DNA from: Camelus ferus
Lineage: Eukaryota
DNA length: 64,000 nucleotides
NCBI RefSeq assembly: GCF_009834535.1
Contig: NC_045707.1
Location: 46,440,001-46,504,000, forward strand
Direction: 5' to 3'
In this document: piece after piece, positions 24,356-38,300 of the stretch
Layout: the number at the start of each line of letters is the position of its first letter
How positions within the stretch are numbered: position 1 is the stretch's first letter
Position numbers and translations under genes: made by a program
The notes under the pieces: generated by a model
Database searches by the model: none
Seen by the model: only the letters and a program-made list of their open reading frames with translations
What the model was told of the DNA's origin: nothing

Positions 24356-27300
24356 CCACAGATTTTAAATGCACATTTTGACAAATGCTTTTACCACACT
24401 GACACCACTGCAGTGCTTATGTATGGCCTCTCCTGGAGATCAAGTCGAGAGTTCTCACCTGAGGCCTTCGGGGACTGCGGAACCCAGGGCCCAGTGGCCC
24501 CGAGTGCACCCACACCCAGCCAGGGAAAGAAGGGCCCTTCAGGCCTAAGGGAACTAGATGCTAAGAGGCAGAGACCTCGCTCCCTGGGAGGAGTACAGTG
24601 TTCTGAGGGACTGGTCCACAAAAACACAGGACAAAGGGGCCATGAAGAGGAGGCAGGCCAGGGATGCATAGATCTTCACCTTCATCCTGGGACCGTGGCT
24701 GGAGGATGAACTCTGTCATTTCTGAACATTATCAGCTAAGTGATGTTTCCCTCCACTTGGAAGCTCTACGGCGGCTCTTAATTCTAATACTATTTTGGAC
24801 CTGGCCTTCCTCAGTTTGGAAAAAAGTAGAAACTTAGAATTTCTCTTCTAGCTGGTGGCACATTGGTAACAGAATTTATAAACCTGCCCAGCAAACACCA
24901 AAGGATTAAAGCCTAATCTCCTGCAGGTTGTCCCCACAGAGGAAGGAACACGAGTGAGGGTGAGCCCTGGAGAGCGCCCCTGAGCACAGTGTCCAGCCAG
25001 CTGTGTCCGACCAGCTGCTAATTTTAGGCAAGAGGCCTCCTACTTCTGGTGTTCATGACATCTTATGGGGAGGGTGCTCTGGGCAGGGGCTGGCTGGGGC
25101 CATCTGGCTTCTGCAAATTGTCTCGAGCACAGATTCTAAACTCTTATTGAGCTCTTGGACTCCGCTGTTATTAACAAACATCCTTTCCTCTCCCCTTGAG
25201 GCATTCGTTGTTTCTTGGCTGATTTTTCAATTCTCCTCCATATTTGATGCGATTAAAGGAAACGCTCTGTGCAGGCACCCCCTTAGCAATACTCAGGCTC
25301 CGAGTTTATGAGAATGTTTGAACATAGTTATAAAATCCCTCCCCATGAAGAGCTGGATATCCTCTGTTTCTAAGCCAATAAATATCTTTTTATAAAAGGA
25401 AGCTGGTGATTCAGTCTGGGTAATTGTCAGAGAATGAATCCCAAATGGGTCCCGTTCAGTGTTGAGCCAATACTCCGCTACTGTCAGATGCTTTGTTTTG
25501 CCAAAAGCGAGCACCCTTACTCTATAATCACAAACACCATGGATGGGGTTTCTGATAAGGAGCGCAGGCAAAAGTTCAAATGTCTTTTCAAGAGCTGGCA
25601 AAGACTCGCTGCTGGCACGGCACTCAGGCATTAAGATAGCGCAGACGCAGCTTGCATCAGGGAAGTTTTACTCTGAAATTATCTCCCGAGAGCAAGTATA
25701 GAAGCATTTTATTAGTGGATGAGTTGTTTGTGTGTTTGAGCACGTATGTGTGCGAGTGTACTTCTGACTTTCACAGCTGCTCTAGGGCTGGAACACTTTC
25801 CCCCCACATGATGCTGTAACACCATTGTAAAAACAGAACTAGTTTATTTACAGATGTTTGTAGGGGGAAAAGGTTTCCATTTTCTGTTTCACGCAAGTCA
25901 GCTGCTGCTGAGTTAAGGACAGAAACACCTTTTTGAAAAGTGCCACAGACTCTGAAGTGTTAAAAGATGCGATACTGTTTGTTCCATCTGAGGAGCTCCA
26001 AACGCTTTCCTAAGAGGGGCTCATTAATCCTCCCGTACTCCTGTGAGCCAGGGAGTGTCCTCTGGGCCCCGACTTTAGGAATGAAGACCAAATTAAATCA
26101 AAGAAAGATTAATGTCACTAGATGGATCTGTGGCAGGACTGTTTCTCCACCTCAGAGCAGAACTGGTACCCAAGGCAATTTCAAATTAAATTCCGTCCAG
26201 CCTCACAGTGCTCCAAGATTCAAAATGACAATGAGGCCATACCCGTGGAACCAATGGAACGAAGGCTGGCCTGTGCTGGAAAGAGGAGATGACTGTAGAC
26301 TTTTCCACCATCAGAATGAAGAGTCATGACCACACAGGGAGAGATGGACCCATGTCATCAATTTCAAGTTGCTCCCAAAATAAACAGAAGCTACAATCCT
26401 CCACACCATTTGCAAGGGAAGGTGAGATTTCTTTGGGGTAAAATACTATCTTTATGACACAAGTTGAAGATAAAGTCATAAAAATAGATTTTCTAGAAAT
26501 ATAAGGTTGAACTTACATTTAACCTAATGAAATTGCCATTTTGTAAGTAAAAATGGTCAAACATTGTCAGTTTCAAATGGTGGAGCCCAAGAGGAAAGCT
26601 GGAATCTTAGCCTAAGGATTTTATGAAAAATTATGAGTATGGCCTGAAATATCACAATACTTTTTCCTTAAAAAGTCTGAAAACACAATAATCCATACAA
26701 ATCACCATGTGGAAACCCCTACTGGTGTGTCTCATTCCTAAATCAGTATTTTGTGAAAACAGAATTCTATCCAACTATCACCGTCCCAGCAACCACGCGT
26801 CAGTACCGCTTTCCCTCCCTCCACAGCTTGTCTCACTGACACCCCAAGGCTGGAGGCAAATGAAAAAGGAATCTTTTCTTTTCAGGGCCAGAGGGATAAC
26901 CTTGCTCAGTCCTTCAGCAAGAGAGGCTCTCGGGGCTTATCAGCGTATTTGGAAGGGACCCGTCAGACCATTCTCAACAGGCACATCAAATCACAGCCTG
27001 ACACCCAGGACGGAGCTCTGAAGGATTCTTGGGACCAGTGAAAAAGCCAGTACAGCTCCTGTTTCTTTCTTGTGTACTTGGAATTAGCCCTGGGGCAGAA
27101 GCAAACTCCCTTTGAGGACTGTCAGAGTCCTGAGTGAGTCCTCTGGGCAGGAACTTGGCCGGCAACGGCACCTGTGAGACTGCGATCCTGAGCCTCCCAT
27201 GCTACTGCTGGGCTGCAGTTGTTAGCTCTTGGGTGCCTGAAAGAGGCCTCCCTTCTGAGGAAGGTTGACTACTGTCGCCTTCAAGGAATATTAGCCTTAA

Positions 27301-27882
27301 AAGATGTCAAATTAGGGTTAGAAATAAGGAAGCATTTTGATAAACTCACAGATGTGAGATTCATCATAAAATGTGAAGAGAAGTTGCCCATTTGAATTTG
27401 ACATCAGAGAAAGTAGCTACCAGGATTTCTCCTCAGCTCTCCAGCCAGGCTGCTTCAGAGGCGCGAAGCGTGGGCTGCAAGCCTGGCTCTGAGCAAGGTT
27501 AGAGAAGAGCCACAGTCCCTGTGTGACTTCTTTTTCATCTGCTTCCAGCCTTGGGGCTTCAGTGAGGAGAGCTATGGGAGTGCGGCCAAGTTTCTCAGCC
27601 TCCCTGTGCCTCAGAACGGCAGTGATGGCAGTGTCTACCTCACTGGGCTATAAAGAGCACTGAAGGAGTTACTATTTGTAAAAGCTCCTAGAATAGTGCC
27701 TAGTATACAGGAAGCACACCATGTGTTTACTAAATAAGAATCTAAAGCCATTCATGCTGTAAGAGCTTTAGAGACGGTGCCATCCCTTTGGTGTCACACA
27801 GGACACACCTGACCGGAAAGACCACTGACCTTACCCAGCAGACCCTTTGGAACATTCCTATGAGCTTTAAATGTCATCTGAA

Positions 27883-27924
27883 TGACAGCTTTGGCATTAG
27901 CAGTGACCGCTTCGGCATTAGCAC
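27883..27924. repeat. Diverged 21-bp tandem duplication
   Basis: tgacagctttggcattagcag followed by tgaccgcttcggcattagcac (3 mismatches). Confidence 0.8.
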
Positions 27925-30399
27925 GCTCCTGTTAGAAGGAACGTTCTTCAATGACACGGTGGTTAAACGTCTTTTCTGCCCTCAAAACCTCACAGCTCAG
28001 AATGAGAGGTGTGATCTGTAGGGAGTATTTCCTGCTGGACACAACACCTGTGCTGCACACTTGGTGCCATCCCACAGCTGAGTGTGGATGCAATAACACG
28101 GGGTCCAGCAAAAGGTCACACGGGGTGCAGGTGCAGAAAGCCTGGACCGGAAGAAACCATCCTGCCACGGGCACATCAGGCACGTACCCTCACACGCCTC
28201 ACACACAGCCGGTCTGGCCAGCCCCAGAACACAGCCCAGTCCCCTCACAGTAGACGCACACACAGCGGCAGCCAGTTAAGGAAGTACTTGGGGCGGATTT
28301 AACTACGGGGGAAAGATGCCTCTGGCTTCATGTGTTTGTGAAGACGTCAGCTTTACTCCTTGTCTGCACAAGACATAATGAGACTGGGGCAGAAATCTGC
28401 CTCCTTCTGTGCTCATCTGATGGAGACAGAGGGTAACAAAAGCACCTTCATCGTAGGTTGTATGAACATCAGTCGTGCTTATGCATGTGACCAGTTCTGG
28501 GCACCGGCTGCCACTGACATCACTGTGGAAAGCAACGGTGCTGACGCCCAGGCTTGGCAGGTTTGCCATTCTGCAGGTGACGGGGCATCGCTGGCAAAGG
28601 GGCTCTGGAGGCTGCATCTACTCCATGAGATGCTGTGTTTTTGCTGTGCCTTCAGATCCCCTCTAGGAGCCTGTTCTCCAAATACACAGACAGTAAATCA
28701 TTCAAAGGAGACCGGCTACTCCGTTTGCCCTGAGGACAGAACAAAGTGAGAAGGAACAGGCTCACACTCCACCAGGGGGACTTTGTTTAGATAGTAGGAG
28801 GAACTGGCCGTCACTGAAGATTAACTTTAAAACCTAACTAATTTGGGCTAATTGGAAGGAGGTGAGTCTGAATCACCTGAAACTCTGAGTTAGAACCTAT
28901 TTTTAAATGAAATATAGTTTTTTGCTTTCAGGCACTTACAGTGACTCAAAGTAGGGTGCTTTAGTAAATGAATAAGAGTGATAATTAGCATCTTGTCTCT
29001 TTGGAGGGAAATGTAAGTGTTCAAGCAGACAATTTTTCTTTAATGAAAGGGCAAAGCAAGCTTCAGCTCAGCCCTGTCAAATTACTCCAAATTTTGAATG
29101 TGCAGGGGCGCTGGAAAACAGAGTACAGATTTAGGTGGCTGAGGGTGATGCTGGATACTTTTTCCCAAGCAGCCTTCGAAAACCAGGGCACTGGAGACGG
29201 TCCAGGCACAGAGAGCACAGGGCCAGTGATCTCCCCAGTTTCCTTCAAGCTCTCTGTGTTTATTTGCCCTAAGGCTTAGCTTTTTAAATATGAGGAGAAT
29301 CCTTTAAGCCCTTGTGTCCTAGTCTTGTCACTTATTACCACCACGTAGCAACACCGGGGTATGAGGCCAATAAATCATTTGGACGGGAAGTGACTACAGG
29401 CCGGATTAATTTCATTATCATCCCTAAGCAGATAGGTGTCTAGCACAGCCAGTGTCTCCAGTGAAGACTGACGTTCTGTCTCTCCTGACAGAATCCTCCT
29501 TGCCTTGCAGACGGCTGTGGTGGTTCTTCGTTTTCCCTGCTGGAGTGTCTTGTCCTGCCTTTTCCTATTGACAGCTGTGAGTTTGACACCCCCTTACTTT
29601 GGAGCCCACCCCATCCCACACGGTTGCCAGGGGACGCTGAGAAGCCTGAGCAGGGTGGCCCAACCCTCCCTGCACAGCTGAGCAGGGCAAGCACATTAGT
29701 GAGAGCACCAAAGGAGGGCGTGTGTGGCTGTGCTTCTGCCAAACTTGCCAAAACAAGGTCGCTACCCAGATGCAGGGAGAGAAGGAGATTGCTGCCGGGC
29801 TGCAACTCTGAACTTCAAATGGATGCTGTAATAAGCTCCCTCTACTAACTACTTCCACATCTGACTCTAACCTCCTTCCATCCATTAGATTTCCTCTGGA
29901 GCAGTGCTTCTCTCAATGTGGCCCACCGACAGGAATACATACGTTCAGAAATTTCCCTGGGGATTCTTACAAACTCCAAAGACTAAGATCGACAGCTCTT
30001 GGCAAGATGATTCCAAGACTGGAAAGTCTAAGCGTTGGGAGGGTGGGCACAGGGGCAAGTTGTTAATCTGTTCTCTGCTAGATGCCCTCCAGCAAATGCT
30101 CCCTGGACAGCACCACACAGAGGTCACCCAAAGCAACTATTTCTAAACTGGCTCTTAGACCCACTCAGCCAGAGAGCCCAAGGATGAGGTGTCCTCTGTC
30201 CCTGGTTGTTGTCCAGAAAGCTCTGCTCAAGGAACAGTCTTAGCTTCTTTCTAGGTGAAGGAAATGCCTGGCAGGGCCCAAAGGCCCTCTTGGTACCCAC
30301 ATGTGTCCCTGGAATTTACAGCCATGAAAGATGGGAGGCGCTTGGGAAGCCGCTCCCTGGGCCCCCTGACTCTACCCAGCCCCGCCCCATCGTCTCCAT

Positions 30400-31430
30400 C
30401 TCCACAAGAGCGCCGCTTCTGCACACCTACCCAGCCACCCCTGGTGCCCTGGTGACCACTCCCCTCACGCCAGTATCTCTCCCACCTGCACAGACGATAG
30501 TGCCCACTTTCTGCCCAACTCTGAATCCACCCACTTATCGCCATCTCCAGAGCCCCTCTGTCATTTCTGGTCAACGGCATTCCTCACTGAAATTCTTCTA
30601 ATGAGTCTCCCTATTTCCAGGTTTGCACCTCTTATATCCACACTCCATGCACAGCCACTGTCATTTACTGAGACGCAAAAATCTCCCCTGCTTGAGATCC
30701 CCCAGTGGCTTCCCACTGGTCTTGGGAGGAAATTCAGGCCTCTGAAGAACTGCTGGACGTGCACCGCCTGCACCTCCCCTCTTGCCTCCCTCTCCACCTC
30801 CCTGGCCTTCTTCTCATCCACGAGCAGCCCAGGTGTGTACTGGTTACGCCATGGACCCTAGAGCCCAACCATCCGAGTCGCAACCTTGCCTCTGCCACTG
30901 ATTAGCTATTAGTAAACCTCCCCAAGCCTCAGCATGCCCATCTATAAAGCAGGGTAATAACAGTACCTATGAGTAGGACCGTTGTAGGCTAGAATTAGCC
31001 AAAATAAAGGGAAAGGCTGAAGATAGCACCTGGCCCAGAGTAAGGGCTGTTTACTGTTATTGGCTCTCACTGCCACCCCTGCCCCTCTCCAGTTCTAGCC
31101 AGTCTCAAAGTCTTTCTTCTGAAGAACACACGCTCCCCCTTCCCTGCTGGGGGTACTGGCGCCCCACCCCAGCCTGGCTGACTTCTCACTCATCAGATCT
31201 CAGCTGAGTCACTGCTTCCTCCAGGGAGCCTCCCTGGATACTCTGAGTCACAGCACTATTACACCAGAAGGTGCTGCCTCACTACGTGTCTCCTCTTCCC
31301 TTCCCACCCACTCCCCGGGCTGTAGGCTCCCGTGAGGTCAGGGACCTGGTCTTTGTTCCTCTCGTGTGCAACTCCAGCTCTGCGCACAGAGTGGATATTC
31401 AACAAAGATCTGGGTAATGTTGCTGAATGA
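30400..31430. mobile_element. L2 fragments interrupted by a MIR
   Basis: L2-type cccagtggcttcccactggtcttg and ctcccgtgaggtcagggacctggtct...tgttgctgaatga. MIR ccatctataaagcagggtaataacagtacctat at ~30840-31060. Confidence 0.6.
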
Positions 31431-32003
31431 CTCCCACACCCCAGAGTGTTCAAGACCCTCCTCCACCTCCTCCCTCTAGTTCTGGACAGGTTTCTCCAGC
31501 ACTCAGCTCTCTGAGTAGTCACGTGCACCCCTCACCCGCCTCAACGCTCACCCAGCATGTAGGGCAGAAGCCAGGAAGGTATCACTGAATATTTCAAACA
31601 AACAGGAAACGTAGAACTTCAGAAACAAAGGACCCTACACAAAGGTCACGGGGTCAACTGTGAACAGTGGTGCAGCTTAGGACTTTTATAGGCTCTGCTC
31701 AGAGCCAAGCTAAACGATAACTCTTCCACTGAACAGGCTAGAGGACCTGGTAAAGGTGAAGTTTCCAACCTAAGCTGCAGGATGGAGAGTGATTGGGCCA
31801 GATGAAAACCACAGCTCTTGGAGAGGGGGTTCCGGGCAACAAGCAGACCACGAGCAACCAAGGAAAACTTCTGCCCCAGAAACAAGCTACCTGAAAACGA
31901 TTCCAGAAAATGTGCAAGAGTCCTGTAATTTTTCAAAGAATTTATATGGTCCTGGAGAAGAACTAACCCAGTTAGGTTGTTGGGGGCTAAATCTTGTTCT
32001 TAC

Positions 32004-32107
32004 CTCATAGTGGCCAATGGTATTTAGTTTGGTTATTCCATCTTCAAGAATCACAGAGGAACTGTCAATATCCAGAAGTTCTTTGTGTCGTGTACCCACC
32101 TGAAGCT
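32004..32107 (-). CDS. PLXNC1: Plexin C1 exon 23 (RBD)
   Basis: tttcag|AG CTT...GAG|gtaaga, 104 nt. Encodes (E)LQVGTRHKELLDIDSSSVILEDGITKLNTIGHYE. Confidence 0.95.
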
Positions 32108-32599
32108 CTGAAAAAACCCAAAGAAGAGCATTTTGTTCTCTCTTAAAATTACAGTGAGAAATATAAAATGCTACCCTGTTACTCTTGCAGTTATTATTTA
32201 TAACTATCTAAAACTTAGAAGTGGTTTGGAAGGTTCAGAGCCAGCCAGACCAGTAGCCTGAGTTTTGGCCTGTTTTTGTTTTGTTTAGGGCCCTGACATG
32301 AAGACCACTCTTCCCTGAAGATTTTGCTCTGAGACTAAGCCTGGAAATAAAGCCAAAAGAAGAGAAAATAATGCATCCTCAGAGAGACTAAGCTCTTCAG
32401 AAAATTCCAAAAGCAAATGTGTATGCCCTCTTCAATTACAAAAAAATAAAAAGGTGTATGTCCACCCCCGTGCATGGGGGCGCTCTCCAGCGGGTCCCCT
32501 GTGAACTATCTTCTGTCCGTCCCCATGTAGGGGTGAACTGGGGGGCAAGCATCCCAACACCATGGGGTTCAACTCCTTTCAGAGGTTGCCAACTTGTGC

Positions 32600-32900
32600 C
32601 CTAGGGTCAGACTGTGGCCCATGGATGTGTGTTTTTCCCTTCTGTGAGCCTGCACAGTGTTTTATGTATTCTTATTCTAGTGTCAATGGAGCACCAACAT
32701 TTAAAGATCAGAAGATGGCACATAAAAATTTGGAGTTCTGACTTATCTTTAAAAAAACTGGATCATCTGGTAACATTGACCACACAGCCCCACATGGCAA
32801 TCATCAGCTGAAGCTAAGAGGCAATGCCCCCATACACGGCGTGGGTCTTTCTCCAGCTGAGTTGGATCCCACTATTTCCCAGGTGGGCGGACACTTCCTG
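32600..32900 (+). mobile_element. hAT DNA transposon remnant (MER102-like)
   Basis: ccaacatttaaagatcagaagatggcacataaaaat...atctggtaacattg...cacatggcaatcatcagctgaagctaag. A related inverted copy lies at ~58115-58450. Confidence 0.6.
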
Positions 32901-33946
32901 CCCCTCTGGGTCCCGTCATGGTTTCCTGGCTGGGGCTGCCGCTTTGACTGTCTGACCAAATGAGCTCAAATGGTCTTGAAGTGCCCAACAGTCCGTCCAA
33001 CAGAAGGAAGCAGAAGCGAGGTGGAGGAGAAATGCTTTAGTGGTCTGGCTTTCTCTGAAGCCAGGTCTTGGAGTTGCTGCACATTTGCATGGTTTCAGAT
33101 TTGCCAGACCCCGCGCCCCAGCTTTTCTCAGGGGCCTTTTAGCAGGAGGGCTGACTTGGACGGCCGGCGGCGGGGGTGATTCTAATTGCCTGCTTAGTTG
33201 AGGCTACCGCGGTACATGGAGGAGAGAGGAACCTTGTTACGTTGTCTGTCACCGCTGTGATTTTACTCTTTTTTCCTGTCCCATTATCTGCTATAAAATC
33301 CCGCGACAGTCTCCTGGGAGGCTGCATGGAGCTCAACTTTAAAATGTTGATGAACATTTGAGTGCAGCGGAGCCCTGTCAGCTCGCTCACGCATATGCTC
33401 GCCTTTGCAGTGTACCAATAGAGCCCGCAAATGAATTCACAGCAGATGCCGCTTCATGCTGGGGGAGGATGAGAATATACTTAATGCAGGAGGTGATTAG
33501 CAGAGAGGAAGATGGCCTTTCGAGCGTGCTGAAGTTAACACCCAGAGCCTGAGCCACCCACTAATGACACACTCAGTATCACAACAAACAAATCAAATGC
33601 CAATGTGAAATGCAACACAGAGGGCCTGAGGTTGACACCTTTGTGTACTTCTTGATGCAAGGTGAACTCATTCGGTCTCAGGGTTAGCAATCTCATGAAT
33701 CTGATTTACAAATGTAATATTTTGTTTCAAAAGCATCTTTAAGGGATCCTGCTTCCTAGAAAGAACTATGATGTTCAAGGGAGACCAGTGCAGACTCCTG
33801 GCCTCTAGACACACCCTCTGGGAACAACCCAGGCTAACAGGTGTCAGCAAACAGAGCTCACATGCTAGGGGCAGGGAACGGGGGACGGCAGAGGGGAAAG
33901 GTGCTCCTCAGCAGATTGGGACAAAATAGCTCCCGTACCAACTTAC

Positions 33947-34124
33947 CAAGACCAATTTCATTCAGCTGAAGTCCATAAGGAGAGCCATTTTTGCTTAGGA
34001 ATGCCTGGAAAATCTTTTCTTTGGCTTGACCTATGGTATCACAATCAAGAACATTGACTGAAATATTCCGACAGACATCTGCACTCTCATTTTCTGGGAT
34101 TTTTTCAAAGGCGACGGTTAATGC
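33947..34124 (-). CDS. PLXNC1: Plexin C1 exon 22 (Rho-GTPase-binding domain)
   Basis: ttgcag|GCA...CTT G|gtaagt, 178 nt. Encodes ALTVAFEKIPENESADVCRNISVNVLDCDTIGQAKEKIFQAFLSKNGSPYGLQLNEIGL, with the plexin motif VLDCDTIxQxKEKI. Confidence 0.96.
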
Positions 34125-37100
34125 CTGCAAGAATATAAACAGGTTTCCAAGCCTATTAGATAAGTGCAATCTGAAAAGCATTCATGAAAGACACAAACCT
34201 TCGTGAGTCCTGCTAATACCTCTGACAGCACATTAGCAAACACCGTATCGCATTATATTGCTTTAATCTTTTTTCTATAATCCATTCTTTTCAGGGATAA
34301 TGGAAAGGAAAACAGAAAGTTAAAACTCTCATTATAGAGCAAGCATTGAAAAAATATATCTGAGAGTAAAATATATATACATATAAATATTCTAAAAATT
34401 GTAATTTCTAATTTTATCCTCAAAAAAATTTTTTTGGAAAGGTTTCACAGTAGATGAGGACAGACTGGTGATTATCTTTTTTTATCAACAGGACCACAAA
34501 GTCCTAGAAGCGAAGTTTCAGGTGACAGGAAAGGTCATGAGGCCTCCGTACTGATCGAGCCAAAGAGGTCACGTCTTAATATGCAGCATTAATTACGGTG
34601 ACGTTCATCTCCCCTTCCACCTTCAACGTCTTCAGTCAGTTTCCCGAGTTCTTGTTAGAACACTAAGACCCCACCCTGTACTACTATTCTTGCATCAATT
34701 GCTTTACATTTCAGTGCCGTTACTTATGGGTCTGCAGTTCACGTTCTCCCAGCGCAGCAAAACCTCAGAGTGAGCCTAATGGGAAAAACTAGGCCTTTGT
34801 GAATGTGTGAAAACACACAACTAGGGAATATTTCAGAATGAATTTAAGAGCAATTTCAAGTTTACTTTGCCAAAGAACAAATAAACAGATTGAAAACAAT
34901 GAAGTTTACGACTAGTGATCCTCGGGGGAACCGATACAGGGAAGTGCTGAGAGTATTTTGTAATTAGCATAACATACAGTTTAGATTTAAGGTACCTTGG
35001 TGATCGTGGAGTCACAGGGGCCTAGGCATGATGTGAAGTGCACAGTTATTTAACATTTCTGAGCCTGGCTGCACTGAGAGAATGTAAAATTATTAACTAA
35101 TGGAAATGTTAAAAAAAAAAATGAAAACACAAATAATCTGGAAACTGGGGCTCCCTAGGATTGACTCAACTTTATAATGGGTTTAAGAACATACCTGCCC
35201 CTCCAGTGTTGTTACACGGATCAGATGAGATAATGTGTGTGTCAAAGGCTTGGCACAGGGCCAGGCTGTTGGGAAAGGCCGGATGATGGTGATGTGGTAA
35301 TAACGGTGATGTTGTTATTTCATATAACTTATCACAACCGTCACTGTCAGTATCGGTATGCCTTCATGTGGAAACAGACGCAGCCAGCACTGAGCAGCTG
35401 GGACCCTGATGCCATGCGCAGTATCGCTATGAGAGGAAAGAGCAAGCTGCCAGCTTACAGGACAGGCCAGAGCACCAGCTCTGGGGTCAGACTCCTGGGT
35501 TCAATCCCAATCCACCACCAGCTAGCTGGGAAACCTATCTCAGTTTTCTTACCTGCAAAGTGGGAACAAACAGTAACACTCTCCCGGGGATTCACAACAA
35601 TGAACTGAATTAACCACATTGCACTTAGAACAGTGTCTGACTCAGGAGACAGGATTTAAGGACCCCTGACAGGGCTTCTGAAACACTGGGGAGGTGCTCA
35701 GAGGCATGTCTTCTTTTTACTGCCTTTAAATCTTGCCCCTACGATCCTGTCTACAATTATGCAAGAGTAAACCTTGGCCTGGTCCTAACTGAATGATTAA
35801 AAATCCAAATCAGTGGAGTCTGGAGTCTGAACTCGGACGGTAAGCGGTGACCTCGATCTGGCCTGTGAGAGTTTCCTCTTTCTGGGACAGAGAGCTGCTC
35901 TCAGAACACACTCATGTCCTGGGTCAGTCGCCCACCGGGCAGGGATGCAGAACGCCTCTCTGCTAGCAAACCCTGAAACACCGGGCGGACGAAAAGCAGG
36001 GCAGACTGTTGAGAAGGAACCACAGTGGCAAAGCTTCATGAGTCCCCTCCTTACCTCCCTTTTTTGGTGACACTTATTGGTACCTTGCCAAATGCATTTC
36101 AAGACACGCTTCTTTTAATCTTCCCAACATCTTGGGGAAGAAGGTTTTATTATTGTTCTCCCCACTTCTGAGTGAGGAAACGGAGGCACAGAGAGGCTAA
36201 GTCACTTGCTCTAGGGACACAGCTTGTAAGTGGAGGGCCAGGGGTAGCACCATGAACCACTTGGCTCTGATCCCTCCCACCACCCGGGGCCCTTCTCCTT
36301 GTCCCATCTACAGCCCAGGAACCCTCTGGACCACCAGGAACCTGTCTTCTATCAGGCTATAACCGAGGTCCCAAGCTGGATTCCCAGCACAGATGGGGTG
36401 TCTGGAAGGGCTGGACGGGTCAGTGTTAGTCCTGCCCCATCTGGTCGGAGCATTCTTGCCCCTGTCTCCCCATATTTCTCTCCGTGTTGGTCTCTGCGCA
36501 GTGGGAGTAGTGGTGGTTAAGCTGTTTCACAGGGCTTCCAAAGATTAAGACGAATAAAAAGCACCTTTTAATCAGGGTTCCAGCAGTCCCGGCTTGTTTA
36601 ATAGTTTTATAGACATTTGTGAAATAACATTCTGTGACTACCTAAAGGGCACTATTGTCTTCAACAAAAACACCTCTTTATAGGCAATAAATGGTCTTCT
36701 TAAAAACATAACCAAAAGGGAAAAAAAAGAGCCCTTAACTTGTAAAATAATGTAAACCTGCCACTGCCTCCACAGCTAGATGGGTGGGAAAAAGGTAAAA
36801 TGGTATTTTATAGCGTCCACAGGGAATTCTGAGAGTAAATTCAGACACAAATTGATTTGTGTTCTTTTTTTATGCCCCTAACGCTTAGTGCTCAGATAGC
36901 AGTTTCTGAATGTGTAAGTGCAGTCAGGGGATCTCCGAGCGGGGCCCTGCCTCCTACCCCTCCCCTGACCCCGCTGGGCTGGGCTCAGAAAGCGCAGCTG
37001 GGCCGCCCGTTCCCCATCACGGAAGACCCCCTCCCCATGAAAGCACCATCTCCCCTTCACAACTCATTGAACCAGAGTCCTCCCTATGCCCCCACTCAGC

Positions 37101-37640
37101 ATTAGGGGACGGGGTTAGCAAAAACCTTAAGACGTAGTCCTGGTTCTCAGATGATTCCCCCAATACATTTGGGAAACCAAAGCACCACCTTTGAAACGAT
37201 ATTCAGCCACTGTGTGCAACTCTCACTCTCAGTAAGTGTTCAGGGAATTCAAGGAGGGAGGACCGGAGCGCTGAGGGCCCTGAGCACTGGCATCAGACCC
37301 AGACTGTCTCCAGTTCCTGCTGCTTAGCTGTGGGAGTGTGGGCGAGGCCTCTAACTTCTCTGAGCCTCAAAATTCTCACTGTTCCTATCTCAAAAGAGTG
37401 AGAGGATCATTAAATAATAACATATAGTAATAGAAAATTTAGGAGTGCTTCCTGTGTGCCAAGTACTGTGATAAATTATGTGTATTCGTATATGTACATT
37501 AATCTTAAAAACAACCCTACAACATAGATTCTATTATTATTCCCATTTTACAGATGAGAAGTGGAGTTACAGAGAGGTTAAGAAAACTGCACAAGATCCC
37601 CCAGCAAGAAAAAGGCAGAAGCAGGCAGCCAAGGTACTGT

Positions 37641-37676
37641 TAAACATTCTTAAACATTTAAACATTCTTAAACATT
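37641..37676. repeat. 18-bp tandem duplication (TAAACATTCTTAAACATT)x2
   Basis: Read directly. Contains four TAAACA units. Confidence 0.9.
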
Positions 37677-37879
37677 TGGCGATGCTGCCTTTCAAAATAT
37701 GAAAATGTTTTGTAAACAAAGTACAGTTCAAATCTATGGGATGGCGATTACTTTTCAAGACCCACAAAAGGCTAAAGTGCTCTAAAATGAACCCTGGTGT
37801 CTTCCTTAGAAATCTGCCCCTCTGTTAAGAGGAACTGCTCTGTCTATGAAAGTGTCAGCAAAGCTGGGGCAACAGATAT

Positions 37880-38300
37880 GGTTGGTTGTCCAATCAGCAG
37901 CCATGTCTCTTTCTTCTCTGCTAAAAGAAGCCAGGTATCAAGAACAGTGGGCCCAGCCTAGGCTAGGAAACATAACTGGTGGCAACTCTTTTCCCCCTCA
38001 CCAGGAAGTGGTCATGTAACTCAGTTCTAGCCAATAAGACATACAGGGAAAGGGTTTCTACAAAAGGGGAGAGCAGTGCCTGGAGCTGTGGCAGCTACTT
38101 TGTGTCTAAGAGGGAGGGCCAAGAGGAACATGGAGAAGGTGGCCCAGAGCCCTGACACTGCTAAATACATGTACCTGCCTAGGGGCTGCTGACCTCCAGA
38201 CTTCTTGCTCTAGGATGCAATTCCAGGCTCTTATGATTTCAGGCACCATTAGTCATATTTTCTCTTTCTTTTATCTGAATGCACCCAATCTAACAAAGCT
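37880..38300. mobile_element. MaLR LTR (MLT1-like)
   Basis: gtggtcatgtaactcagttctagccaataagacata...gcctggagctgtggcagctactttg...gacctccagacttcttg. Confidence 0.6.

Noticed and set aside
27788..30905. Dense short ORFs on both strands in intron 23
   Set aside because: Expected in GC-richer intronic DNA. Many start at non-ATG codons, none resembles a known protein, and part overlaps L2/MIR.
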